Source of the DNA: a virus
Virus record (IMG/VR): IMGVR_UViG_3300049845_000291
Coordinates: 88,209-152,208 of that record
Length of the DNA: 64,000 bases
Direction: 5' to 3' (one strand)
The number at the start of each line of letters is the position of its first letter. Position 1 is the first letter of the stretch. Positions 29,133-38,460 of this stretch are shown here, one piece after another. The position numbers were made by a program, and so were the translations under genes. A model generated the notes under the pieces. That model made no database searches. It was not told the origin of the DNA and worked only from the letters and a program-made list of their open reading frames with translations.

Positions 29133-29416
29133 CCTTGCTCTCCGTTGGCATCTGTGTAGAAGAACCACTCGTCGATGGTCCAGATGTCCGGCGGAAAGTA
29201 CTGGTCCTTGCCGCCGACACGATGGAAGAAGTCGGACGTGTCGAACGACCGGTTCAGGTACGAGAAGGTGCCAACCTTCGCGGCCCATGCCGCCTCAGCC
29301 GCCTCCTGGAATTCCAGGAGCGCATCCTCTTTCGAGGGGTGGACGATCGGCACGACGCGCTCACATGAGTACGTGCAACCATCGCCAATGGTGTGGATCA
29401 GGACCAGCTTGCTCAT
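29129..29416 (-). CDS. Hypothetical protein (probably leaderless)
   Basis: TACAAT-gctcac-ATG; GDGCTYSCE motif. Confidence 0.6.
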   Translation of the reverse strand: MSKLVLIHTIGDGCTYSCERVVPIVHPSKEDALLEFQEAAEAAWAAKVGTFSYLNRSFDTSDFFHRVGGKDQYFPPDIWTIDEWFFYTDANGEQG

Positions 29417-29457
29417 GTGAGCATTGTACCCCGATCTAGGGGTGACCTTGTAACGTG

Positions 29458-30129
29458 TTACGAGAGCACGATGTACTTTGCGGTCTTGTCGCCTCGAGCC
29501 AGCAGCGCGGCGAAGCGGTGGTACCCGTCAATCAGACGCGGCGAGCCGTCAGGGCGGCGGTGAACAACGCCGACGGGAATTCCCGCCGCGAACTCGTACT
29601 GCGTGCCGCGTTTGGCGCGCATGTACTCATCATTCCCCACGAGCCCATCGAGTGCCAGTTCTTCGATCTCGACGTTCTTGCACTCGTTGATCACGTCGAG
29701 CACGAAGGAGTACTCAGCCTCCAGGACCTTGCGGATCTTTTGGAGGTCGCTCTCCAGGTTCAAGATCTCGTTGATTGCTGGCAACAGGTCGTGTGCACCC
29801 TCAAAGGTGATGTCGTCGATCTCTTCGCCGTAGTACCCACCCGTCACGGAGATGGAGAACTTTTCTGGCTCGTACGCCTTGTGCAGACGGAGCAGACGGT
29901 CGATGCAGTACATCTCAATCGTGCTGGCCGTGTCATGCACGAAACGGAGGCGCTTTCCTCCAGTCTGCTTTTGGACCTCGATCAGCCCCTCAAGATTTAC
30001 TGAGGTGGTGCGCAGGTTCTCGTACCGACCACAGCGACAGATCGAGTCACAACCAGCTTCTTCGCAGTTCGTCACGTACTCATAGTCGTACTCGACCGCG
30101 TACCGGGCCTGAAGGGACGCCAACCTCAT
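29458..30129 (-). CDS. Protein with C-terminal ParB/Srx-like domain and N-terminal Cys cluster
   Basis: PVGVV...LIDGYHRFAA; CEEAGCDSICRC. Confidence 0.65.
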   Translation of the reverse strand: MRLASLQARYAVEYDYEYVTNCEEAGCDSICRCGRYENLRTTSVNLEGLIEVQKQTGGKRLRFVHDTASTIEMYCIDRLLRLHKAYEPEKFSISVTGGYYGEEIDDITFEGAHDLLPAINEILNLESDLQKIRKVLEAEYSFVLDVINECKNVEIEELALDGLVGNDEYMRAKRGTQYEFAAGIPVGVVHRRPDGSPRLIDGYHRFAALLARGDKTAKYIVLS

Positions 30130-30605
30130 CGAATTCCCCTTGGATGCAGCATGATGGCCTTGATTCGCTCGATGCCAAGATCAAGATCATCAAAGAGCTC
30201 CAGATGTTGGAACATCGAGCACAGCACCTGGACATTCCCGCGCCGCCAAAAGCCAGGTGGGCAGACCACCACCGTCCGTACCCCAACGCCAGCCAGAAGC
30301 CCAAGCTCCAGCAGTGAGATCGGTGATTGGGTGCCAGGCTGCAAGTACATCAGCACTGCCGTGCTGGTGCGAATGTAGTCCAGCTCCCACCGCACCTGGG
30401 TCTCAAACTCCTTGTTTGTGATGTCTTGGACCCATGACGCGTTCCACACCGGCCGGCGAGGATTCAAGACCGTGCAGTCAAGATCTGCTAGCTCGCTGAT
30501 GACGCGTGCTTGCCAGTCTACAGCTAGGCCCTGTTCAATCGAACCGGCCAAGAACACAGCCGGCGGCGACACCGCGCCGCGCTCTGGAGCGACTAGGACC
30601 TTCAT
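30126..30605 (-). CDS. Nucleoside 2-deoxyribosyltransferase-like / nucleotide N-glycosidase
   Basis: VFLAGSI...DWQ, NPRR, QVRWEL, SPISLLELG, FWRRGNV. Confidence 0.85.
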   Translation of the reverse strand: MKVLVAPERGAVSPPAVFLAGSIEQGLAVDWQARVISELADLDCTVLNPRRPVWNASWVQDITNKEFETQVRWELDYIRTSTAVLMYLQPGTQSPISLLELGLLAGVGVRTVVVCPPGFWRRGNVQVLCSMFQHLELFDDLDLGIERIKAIMLHPRGIR

Positions 30606-30883
30606 CCAAAGCGCTTCTCAAGCAGCTCGGCGGCAGCAGCCAGCCCACGCTTGTACAGGGTCTTTGGGGTGCTGGCAAAGACCTGGCGGGCAACGTACTC
30701 GTTGCTCAGCACGGCGCCGCTGGCGGTGATCTTGTACGACACCGGCTGACGCTTGATGCGGCCACGTAGCACAATGGTGCCGTTCTTGACCTGACGGCCA
30801 GAGCTTGTGAACTTCAGTCCACGATTCAGGAGCTCCTGCGCCTCTTTGGTTTGCAGGGCCGCGAGCACGTTCTTGACAGTCAT
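30602..30883 (-). CDS. Hypothetical basic protein
   Basis: Coupled ORF. Confidence 0.55.
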   Translation of the reverse strand: MTVKNVLAALQTKEAQELLNRGLKFTSSGRQVKNGTIVLRGRIKRQPVSYKITASGAVLSNEYVARQVFASTPKTLYKRGLAAAAELLEKRFG

Positions 30884-31104
30884 GATGACCTCACTTGACT
30901 TTGTTCAACGATTTGAAGGAGCGCCTTCAGCCGCTCCGCGAACTGACCAATCTCTTCAGGATTGATCGACCAGCGTTGTGTTTGCAGCACGATGTACGGA
31001 CCGCCTCCTGCATCGGCGATCTCAACGTGCAGCTCATGAATAGGTTCATTGCTGCAGCTGTCAGGATCTTGCGTCAGCAGGAACTTGGCACCATCTATCC
31101 TCAT
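30880..31104 (-). CDS. Hypothetical protein
   Basis: Coupled ORF with DAGGGPYIVL motif. Confidence 0.55.
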   Translation of the reverse strand: MRIDGAKFLLTQDPDSCSNEPIHELHVEIADAGGGPYIVLQTQRWSINPEEIGQFAERLKALLQIVEQSQVRSS

Positions 31105-31778
31105 CGATAGATCTCCGAACGGTTGTTGCGGATCACAACAACCTGCTGGAAATCAGTGAGCGCCTTGTCCAGGTCTTCACCTGAGAGGACCCCGTCCCAG
31201 ATCATGCCATTGCCCCAGCCCCGTTCCTCATCGAGGACTGATTTGAGACGCTTGTTGTTGGTGTCGACTATCTTGCGAATCCTGGCCGTGAGCGACCGCA
31301 TGGAGCACTCCCCGAGCTCCCCGTAGATCGCGCGAATGATCTCTTGAGAGGTGCGATCGGTCAGCCGCTGAAGCCTGACCGGTTCAGGTGTGCTCACGTA
31401 CAACGTCACCATCTGCCAGCCCTTGGAGCCACAGTACTTGCGGTAGATCTCAAGGCCATTGGGCTCCAAGATCACGATTGGGGGAGGAAGACCGGGTGCC
31501 AGCTTCGACTCCATCTCCTTGTGTGTCACCCCGTACCGCACACCGTTGAAGGTCACCAGCTCGGCAAAGAGCCCCTCAGCCTCCATTTCACGAGAGCGAT
31601 CGGTCGTGATGAAGAAGTAATCAACGCCTTCACGCTCATCGACACGAGGCATGCGGTCCGTTGTGCTGACGATTCGTTCACACCCAAGCTTCGTGACCAG
31701 CGCCTCAAGGAGGTAGCTCTTTCCAGAGCAAGTTGGTGCGGTGATCGTGATTAGGGTCGGGTACTTGAATTTGATCAT
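31101..31778 (-). CDS. Guanylate-kinase-like (d)NMP kinase
   Basis: APTCSGKS P-loop; VSTTDRMPRVDEREGVDYFF; E...FNGVRYG. Confidence 0.88.
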   Translation of the reverse strand: MIKFKYPTLITITAPTCSGKSYLLEALVTKLGCERIVSTTDRMPRVDEREGVDYFFITTDRSREMEAEGLFAELVTFNGVRYGVTHKEMESKLAPGLPPPIVILEPNGLEIYRKYCGSKGWQMVTLYVSTPEPVRLQRLTDRTSQEIIRAIYGELGECSMRSLTARIRKIVDTNNKRLKSVLDEERGWGNGMIWDGVLSGEDLDKALTDFQQVVVIRNNRSEIYR

Positions 31779-31807
31779 AGACAGCCTCGTGAGTACATGA
31801 TGAATTG

Positions 31808-32290
31808 TTACATTTGCTTGGGCTGCAGGAACTTGATCAGGGGATAAGGATCACGGGCGTGAAACCGTTTCCAGGCTTGGGGGTGATGGACTTGGAGAAC
31901 GTCGATACCAGCACCTTTGGCCCACTTGGAGGCGTTTGCCCCCAAGCAGATCCGCCGCCCCCATGGCAGGTCCAAGTACCTTGAATCGGTGTCATTGCCG
32001 TTGAAGTCAGCTGCGTTCAACCAGCCAAGCTGATCTTCAGGCACGCCGGCTCGCTCAAGTTGAATGTTCAGCCACAGTGAGCAGTTTTCAAGGGCGCCAA
32101 ACGGAGTGTAATGAAAGTTCGGATCGTTCGGAGCAGATGGTGCTGGGCGATCACCAATCAGCAGCAGCTGTCCTTTCGGAACCCACTGACCTGCTTGCAT
32201 CGCGAGAAATCGCCTCTTTCGGAAGGCGACCCGCATGATAAGGGCATGCTGCAGGTCTGGATCGAGGCGCTTGAAGGCGTTCAGTGCCAT
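31808..32290 (-). CDS. Minimal uracil-DNA-glycosylase-superfamily protein
   Basis: LLIGDRP, PF, WLNA, ICLGANA and HHPQ match the UDG-like motif order. Confidence 0.65.
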   Translation of the reverse strand: MALNAFKRLDPDLQHALIMRVAFRKRRFLAMQAGQWVPKGQLLLIGDRPAPSAPNDPNFHYTPFGALENCSLWLNIQLERAGVPEDQLGWLNAADFNGNDTDSRYLDLPWGRRICLGANASKWAKGAGIDVLQVHHPQAWKRFHARDPYPLIKFLQPKQM

Positions 32291-32550
32291 CAGTCGTACT
32301 CGTGCAGCTCTTCATCTTCGTCGTCGCCACCGCGCATCGCGCTCTTGATCTCGGCATCAGACATCGGCTGGAAGCCAACGACGGTGCCGCAATCTAGGCA
32401 GATCTCCATGTCAATGTAGTCACCGCCACAGACACCAGTGATGTCAGGCGGATAGTCGTCGCGCTCGAGCCGCAGGTGCGGCACAGACGTGAAGCACAGG
32501 TCGTTGACCTTGCCGTTGATGCTCAGAACTCGGGTGTGGTTGCAGGCCAT
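32290..32550 (-). CDS. Small Cys-containing hypothetical protein
   Basis: C.H...GGDY....ICLDCG. Confidence 0.6.
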   Translation of the reverse strand: MACNHTRVLSINGKVNDLCFTSVPHLRLERDDYPPDITGVCGGDYIDMEICLDCGTVVGFQPMSDAEIKSAMRGGDDEDEELHEYD

Positions 32551-33668
32551 TTGAAGGTGCTCAGGGTGTTGACGAAGTTCTCGCAGAACTGAACTGGATC
32601 CCAGCCAAGGGCCAGCCGCTGTTCCTCGATGATGGTTTGACGGGTCTCCGGCGAGCTCTTGATCAACCGTAGCAGGTCAACCAGCATCGCCTGGTCCCTG
32701 ACGTACAGATACTCATGCGCCGCGGTGCCTTTCGGGTAGATCCGTCGGCTCTTGTCGATGTTGGCGTCGATGAACACGATGTTCCCAGCGGCGATGCACT
32801 CGGCAACGCGCTGTGGAATCAGATCGAGGCTCTCGTACGATGGGTCACCAGTCACCAGATGCGCCAGCGCGCCTTGCATCTTTGGCAGTACGTCGCCGTA
32901 CTTCACCATACCAGTGAACTGCGGGTACCGCTTGACAGGAAGCTTGCCGATCTTCGGATGCTTCTCGAAGTCGGTCTCGTCGATCTTACCGAAGATCTCA
33001 ACGCTGATGTCGTCTGGCAGACCACAGTACCACTTGTACAGGTTTGGGATGCGCCGGCCGCCGCGTGCGGTTCCGCCGTACATCAGGTCAACGGTGGGGT
33101 GCTCAGCAGGCGGCAGCCACGGGTTGAGCAGCGGGAATCGATCCATTGGGTAGTGCACGATCTGCCCAAGGGGGACGCCTTTCTTTGGCCAGTCCGCCTT
33201 CACGGCGAGCAGCGCGTACGGTTGCGAGACCAAGTGGATCGGCTTCTGGATCAGGATCTCGTCTTTGGTGTACTTCGTGCCCCACGGCTTCTTCTCGACG
33301 TTCTCCCAGATCTGAACGAACGGCAGCTCCGGATCACACATCAAGTACACCACCGGGCCAGTGAACGTGTTGATCAGCCGGTAGTTCGCGATCTGCTCGG
33401 CGTCCTCAGCGCCACCGAAGAAGTTCACGTTCCCGTTGATGACGCACAACACATCCAGCTGCTGCAGCACCGATGGATCTGTCTCCATGATCTGGTGCCA
33501 GTGCAGGCTCTCGTGCAGAGTGTCCTTCTTCAGGATTTTGGTGAACACGTGCACCTCAGCGCCACCATTTCGCAGGGCCTTGCAGATGCTGATGGCCTCA
33601 CCCGAGGTCACTGAGTTGTCAAGGTCCCACAGAATGCGGGCACCCAGCTTCAAAACACCGATCTTCAT
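32523..33668 (-). CDS. DNA glycosyltransferase homologous to T4 beta-glucosyltransferase (BGT)
   Basis: Colinear with T4 BGT as I recall it: INGNVNFFGG~VNSSINFFGG, YLMCDPELP~YLFTDIRLP, WENVEKKPW~WPNVKNRPW, YGGTARGGRR~YGGSFRSGQR, QRVAE~LRVWE. Confidence 0.88.
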   Translation of the reverse strand: MKIGVLKLGARILWDLDNSVTSGEAISICKALRNGGAEVHVFTKILKKDTLHESLHWHQIMETDPSVLQQLDVLCVINGNVNFFGGAEDAEQIANYRLINTFTGPVVYLMCDPELPFVQIWENVEKKPWGTKYTKDEILIQKPIHLVSQPYALLAVKADWPKKGVPLGQIVHYPMDRFPLLNPWLPPAEHPTVDLMYGGTARGGRRIPNLYKWYCGLPDDISVEIFGKIDETDFEKHPKIGKLPVKRYPQFTGMVKYGDVLPKMQGALAHLVTGDPSYESLDLIPQRVAECIAAGNIVFIDANIDKSRRIYPKGTAAHEYLYVRDQAMLVDLLRLIKSSPETRQTIIEEQRLALGWDPVQFCENFVNTLSTFKWPATTPEF

Positions 33669-34267
33669 CAGTTCTCCAGGGCCTCAGCAATGATGTCTTC
33701 TTTGCGGCGGAAACCACCAACGCCGCGATCAGTGACACACACGACGCGCTTGTCGCGGATGATCGAGCTCTCGAAGGCCGCCATGAACAGCTCTTGCTCT
33801 TTCTCGCGCTTCGTGATGTCAAAGGACTCGCCATCATCAACGAAATGCGATGAGACCGAGAAGTCCTCAGTCAACAGGATCAGCCGGATGCTGCCAACCT
33901 CATGCAACCGGAAGGCCCGCTCGAGCTCAAACACGTACGCGCCGTCATACCCACGGTACAGCGGTGCGTACACGTTCTCACCGAGATGCGCTCGGTTGCA
34001 GATCATGTGCGCGTACGGGGCCGAGGACAGCATCGTGAACAGGTTCCTGAACGAGCGTTCCTGGTACTCGCGCAGGGCGTACATGCGCTCCTCGGTCTCG
34101 TTCAGGTTCTGACGATGGTACGGACCACCAAGATAGCAGCTCAGGACCTTGGGCTTCGAGAAATGCAGGACCTCGTGGTACCCACGCTTGTGCAGGATCC
34201 CGTCAATCAGGGTGTCCTTGCCAAGACGGTCCAGGCCCTCAATCAGGTACTTGTTCACGACACTCAT
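33668..34267 (-). CDS. Thymidylate-kinase-like dNMP kinase
   Basis: IEGLDRLGKDT P-loop; ICNRAHLGE.VY..LYRG. Confidence 0.8.
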   Translation of the reverse strand: MSVVNKYLIEGLDRLGKDTLIDGILHKRGYHEVLHFSKPKVLSCYLGGPYHRQNLNETEERMYALREYQERSFRNLFTMLSSAPYAHMICNRAHLGENVYAPLYRGYDGAYVFELERAFRLHEVGSIRLILLTEDFSVSSHFVDDGESFDITKREKEQELFMAAFESSIIRDKRVVCVTDRGVGGFRRKEDIIAEALEN

Positions 34268-34560
34268 GGGATGGTGATCTCCAGAAAGTTATGAGACACG
34301 CGGTCGATGCGGTTCCCGTTTGCGTCCATGATCTCGACGTGGAAGTCGACCGTGTCACATGCCGCCAGCATGAACTTGTCGTCTCTGATGTTCTCGATCT
34401 TATCAATGAGCTGGAACGCTGCTTCCCGGTACTTGTTCCCACGCCCAAGACGAATGCAGCACACCAGCGCCGAGATCAACTCAAGCTCCTCAACCGAGAG
34501 GGCATGCAGCGACAGCGTGCCCTCTTCCTCATCGGGCCTGGAGCTGATGACCCGAGTCAT
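34264..34560 (-). CDS. Hypothetical protein
   Basis: Probable start MTRVIS. Confidence 0.55.
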   Translation of the reverse strand: MTRVISSRPDEEEGTLSLHALSVEELELISALVCCIRLGRGNKYREAAFQLIDKIENIRDDKFMLAACDTVDFHVEIMDANGNRIDRVSHNFLEITIP

Positions 34561-34561
34561 G

Positions 34562-35722
34562 TCAGAAGCCGATTTTCCTGGTACGACGCTGCACGCTGAC
34601 GCGCTGACCGAAGATCTCAGCCAACGTGAACTCCGAGCCATCACGCAGGTCGATGCCAACGTCCGACGCCACGTTCAAGGCCTCAGCGCGAGTCATTGGC
34701 CGGAACTCGACCACATCGAAGCAACGACCCGGACGCATGAGCGCCTCGTCGATGTCACGGATCGACGGCAGGTTCGTGCTGAACACGAGCTTCTTGCCTT
34801 CAGCGCTGATCAGACCATCAGACACGTTCAGGAACCGGTGCATCATCGTGTTCCCATCAGTGCGCGCCTTGAGGAACGTGTCTGCGTCCTCCATGATCAT
34901 GAACCTGGTATCGCTCTCGATGAAGTTCGCGAAGATCCCGTCGCTGTTCATGACGCGCTCATCGTACGTGACCTTGGCATCGCCACCTGAGCGGTGGATC
35001 AGGTTCTTGATGAAGGTCGTCTTGCCGGTGCCAGGCGGGCCGATCAAGATCAGCACACTGGCCGAGCTGTTCAGGTACTCGTCGATGTACTCGGGCAGCG
35101 GCTTCGGCAGCCACGGGTACGCCGAGTTGATCGCCGGGCGGAAGTTCAGCGGCACGTTGATGCTGTTTCCGCGCTCGTTGTACACCCACTCGATCAGGTT
35201 CTCGGCACGCTTGTACATGCCGTCCATGCGCTCAACGAAGGCCTTGACCTCCTTTGGGTCGCCGTTGAGCTCCAGATCAAGCTTGCCACGCTGCAGGGCA
35301 GCCTCAACCATGCCCCAAGGGAACAGCATGACCGCACGGTTTGGCGAGAAGAAGTTGTACCGCTCCGTCAGGTCGGTGACCCAGTCACGAAGCTGGATCG
35401 TGACATCGATCATCCATGTACCCTCTTGCGCCAAGGTGTTACGGTTGTTCTCGAGCGAGCTCCGCATGAACGAGGAAGCCAGCCACTCATCCGGACCGTA
35501 CGCGCCAAAGATCACGCCGGTGTCGATGTTGTTTTCATTCATGAGATGTGCATCATCCATGCAGGTGTCAAGATGGTCTCTATTGATCAGAGGACGTTCA
35601 CGTTTGATTCGACGACGGCGCTTATCAACGCGTCTGACAGCCTGTAAACCTGTGGTTTTAGTGCTTCGCCTGATTCGACCGAGATCAACTGGGTCGAGGT
35701 CGATGTCATCATCGTCATCCAT
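34562..35722 (-). CDS. AAA+ ATPase (probably leaderless)
   Basis: GPPGTGKT, IMEDAD, FLNVSDG, STN, DEALMRPGRCF; TACAAT-6nt-ATG. Confidence 0.9.
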   Translation of the reverse strand: MDDDDDIDLDPVDLGRIRRSTKTTGLQAVRRVDKRRRRIKRERPLINRDHLDTCMDDAHLMNENNIDTGVIFGAYGPDEWLASSFMRSSLENNRNTLAQEGTWMIDVTIQLRDWVTDLTERYNFFSPNRAVMLFPWGMVEAALQRGKLDLELNGDPKEVKAFVERMDGMYKRAENLIEWVYNERGNSINVPLNFRPAINSAYPWLPKPLPEYIDEYLNSSASVLILIGPPGTGKTTFIKNLIHRSGGDAKVTYDERVMNSDGIFANFIESDTRFMIMEDADTFLKARTDGNTMMHRFLNVSDGLISAEGKKLVFSTNLPSIRDIDEALMRPGRCFDVVEFRPMTRAEALNVASDVGIDLRDGSEFTLAEIFGQRVSVQRRTRKIGF

Positions 35723-35763
35723 TTGAGCATTGTACGCGATCGACTTTGTTCTGGAACTTGAAT

Positions 35764-37503
35764 TTAGGTTCCAAGCATGGACACAAACCGGGTATCGAAC
35801 TCGTCACTCCACTCGTTATTCTTTGCTGTCCACAAGCGTTGGATGTTTGTGTCCAGGAAGTACGTGGTGGCCCAGTCCTCAGGCGACCGAACCGAGCGAC
35901 CAGCGCCCTGGACCAGCTTCATGGTGCACAGCAGGTTGTAGATGTCTGGCCATTTGTCGAGGATCTCTTTCATGCGCGCTTCACCCAGCGATCCAAATGG
36001 GGCCTTGACGATGATCTGGTACCTGCTCAGATCACCAGCAAGGTCAAGGCCCTCAAAGCCACTTGGCGTCAGCAGGATCGCCGGGCCCTTGTGGTTCTTG
36101 AAGGTCTGCAGTACGTCGGCCAGCTTCTGGCCACGCTGGTGCTCAACGAGCCGGGTGTTGAGCCCCATGCCTTGGAGCATCTGCGCGATGCCCTCGGTCA
36201 GCGCAAACGACGGCGCCAGCACGATGCCGCGCTCGCCCTTGTCCGTGTGGTGCTTTGCGATCTCATACACCGTGGCTTGAAGCTTCTTGACGACTGATGG
36301 CTCCTTGAGTGTGCTGTAGCTCAGGTTCTGCGGCTTGTAGAACAGGACCTTCTTGTTCTCACGTGGAAAGGTCGGTGGCAGGCGCACGTGCTTAGCATTA
36401 TCGAGGGTCAGCGTGCGACGCGCGTACTGCTCGCTGAGCGTGGCGCTCATCAGCAGGTTGTACCGAGCGTTGATCAGGTTCTCGAACATGTCGCCAACGA
36501 AGATCGGCTTGACGCTGACCTCGTGCTCGTGCTGCCCGTATTTTGGCTCCTTCGGCTTGTACTCGAAGGCGTGCGGGTACCCGTACTCGATCAGGTCGTT
36601 GATCTTGCACCCGAGGCCATGGTACTTCTTGGACAGCCGAGACAGCTCTAGGTACTTCTTCTGGTTGTGGATCGCCCTTTCGGCTTGGTTTCGCGCGGCC
36701 TCATGAACTTGGCCGTACGCATCAGCCAAGGCCATCAGGTGCTGCATGTAATTGTCACGTGTGATGTCACCCGAGATCAGATCGCCGGCCACGTTCCGCA
36801 GGATCTTGAAGACCTCGGTGCTGCCAAGGGTCAACGTCTGGTTGATCTCCTCCGCCATCTTCTTGAGCCGAGAGTCGCTGAAGTAGATCGCGTTGTGCTC
36901 AGTGAACAGGTCGTTCAGCATGTGTGCTTCATCGAACACGCACACCGTGCGAGCCGGAAGCATCTGCGTGAACATCCGGTCGATGAAGTAATAGGAATAG
37001 TTCGTGATCAGGTGCCGAGCCTTGTCACGCATCCGCTTCTGGAGCGCGAAATCGCAGCCGTCACAGAAGATCTTGATCTGCTCATCCATACCCTCCTTCT
37101 GGAACAGACGGAGGGCACAGACCTCAGCGGTCTGAACCTCAGATGGCGTGCTCAGGGCGGCGCACTCGAAGTTCCCAGCGCCCTTGAACATCCTGAACCG
37201 GGTATCAAGCGGATCACGTCCTTCTTGGAAGGTCCGATGGTACTGCTCACTGAGCACGTTCGTCGGTGTCAACAAGAAGCTGGCGCCGACGTGGGCATCT
37301 GGGTGGTGCAGTCGATGCAGTGCCTCGGCAACCACCGCGCCGATGATGGACTTGCCAGTGCCAGTTGGCGCTGATAGGATCACGGTCTTGTGTCCCTCAT
37401 CGAGGAACGACGTCAGGATGGTGTTGATGTCCTGCACCTGTCTTCCGCGCGGCTTGTACCCGACCGCGTCATAGGCCTCAATGATTTGCTTTTCGTATTT
37501 CAT
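35764..37503 (-). CDS. DinG/XPD-family SF2 helicase
   Basis: SAPTGTGKS, KG..NFEC, Cys cluster, DEAH, MSATL, EGLDL, QGAGRSVR. Confidence 0.9.
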   Translation of the reverse strand: MKYEKQIIEAYDAVGYKPRGRQVQDINTILTSFLDEGHKTVILSAPTGTGKSIIGAVVAEALHRLHHPDAHVGASFLLTPTNVLSEQYHRTFQEGRDPLDTRFRMFKGAGNFECAALSTPSEVQTAEVCALRLFQKEGMDEQIKIFCDGCDFALQKRMRDKARHLITNYSYYFIDRMFTQMLPARTVCVFDEAHMLNDLFTEHNAIYFSDSRLKKMAEEINQTLTLGSTEVFKILRNVAGDLISGDITRDNYMQHLMALADAYGQVHEAARNQAERAIHNQKKYLELSRLSKKYHGLGCKINDLIEYGYPHAFEYKPKEPKYGQHEHEVSVKPIFVGDMFENLINARYNLLMSATLSEQYARRTLTLDNAKHVRLPPTFPRENKKVLFYKPQNLSYSTLKEPSVVKKLQATVYEIAKHHTDKGERGIVLAPSFALTEGIAQMLQGMGLNTRLVEHQRGQKLADVLQTFKNHKGPAILLTPSGFEGLDLAGDLSRYQIIVKAPFGSLGEARMKEILDKWPDIYNLLCTMKLVQGAGRSVRSPEDWATTYFLDTNIQRLWTAKNNEWSDEFDTRFVSMLGT

Positions 37504-37742
37504 CAGATGGCCCGAATTTCGGCGATGAAGGTGTCAGCCCCAGTGTCGCCACTAAAGAGCCATTCTACCTCCTTCATCACCAGTGCCATTTCACGCGCGC
37601 GGCTCACGATCACCTCGAGTTCCTCGAGCACCTCAGGGCCGAAGTCCTGAACCCACTCCTTGTCGCCACGTAGGTCGCGTTCCAGCTCGTCTGCGAACTG
37701 GTGCACGCGCATGTACGCGTAATCAAAGTGCCCACCGCTCAT
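37503..37742 (-). CDS. Conserved small phage protein
   Basis: MSGGHFDY...EWLFSGDTG. Confidence 0.6.
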   Translation of the reverse strand: MSGGHFDYAYMRVHQFADELERDLRGDKEWVQDFGPEVLEELEVIVSRAREMALVMKEVEWLFSGDTGADTFIAEIRAI

Positions 37743-37756
37743 GAAAGCCCCTTGTG

Positions 37757-37763
37757 CTAAATA
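37757..37763 (+). promoter_or_regulatory. Late promoter CTAAATA for the homing endonuclease
   Basis: Directly upstream of the GIY-YIG ORF. Confidence 0.55.
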
Positions 37764-37776
37764 GGCCATAATCTAT

Positions 37777-38460
37777 ATGACCGTCACTATGAACCACTAC
37801 ACCTATTGTATTGTTTTCCCAGCTATTCCACGACTTTATATCGGGGTTAGGTCTTACAATGGCCCGCCAACTCAGGACGACTACCGCTCTTCATCGAAGA
37901 AAGTGAAGGCTCTCATCAAGGAAGGTTTTCAATATACCATCTCCATAATCGCCACACACGCCACTCGTGCAGAAGCAGAGGCTGAAGAGATTGCTCTCCA
38001 TGATATTTTCGATGTTGCGCGTAATCCATATTTCCTGAATGGCGCCAAGGCCAGACATGGAGGCTTCACACGCGCTGGGGTTCCTTCTGATCAGAAAGGC
38101 CGAACTTATGAGGAACTCTTCGGCATCGAAGAGGCGGCGCGTAAGAGACTCAACTTACAGCAAAAGTTGAGGAACAGGGTCTTCTCGAAAAAGACTAAGG
38201 CCAAAATGGCTGCCTCACACGCAGATGTATCAGGCCCACTAAACCCTCGTGCTATTTCTGGAGCCTTGGAACTTTCTGGCAAGATCCTTTTGGAATATCA
38301 GACAAAAGCTGAACTTGTTCGGTGGTGCCTTGACAATGATGTTCCGCACCGCCCTATCCTAAGGCTTAGGACAGGCGATGCTTATCTGCCCAACATCACC
38401 CCGCGTAATGCGAAGTTCAAGCGTTGGTTTGGTCTTCGTGTTCTGGAACCCCAAAGATAA
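37777..38460 (+). mobile_element. Free-standing GIY-YIG (Seg-like) homing endonuclease
   Basis: YTY...LYIGVR...YRSSS...E...N pattern; NUMOD3-like SKKTKAKMAASH; opposite strand and visibly AT-richer than its flanks. Confidence 0.8.

Noticed and set aside
37777-38460. Group I intron in the hydroxymethylase or helicase gene
   Set aside because: Both flanking genes are uninterrupted and the endonuclease is free-standing on the opposite strand.
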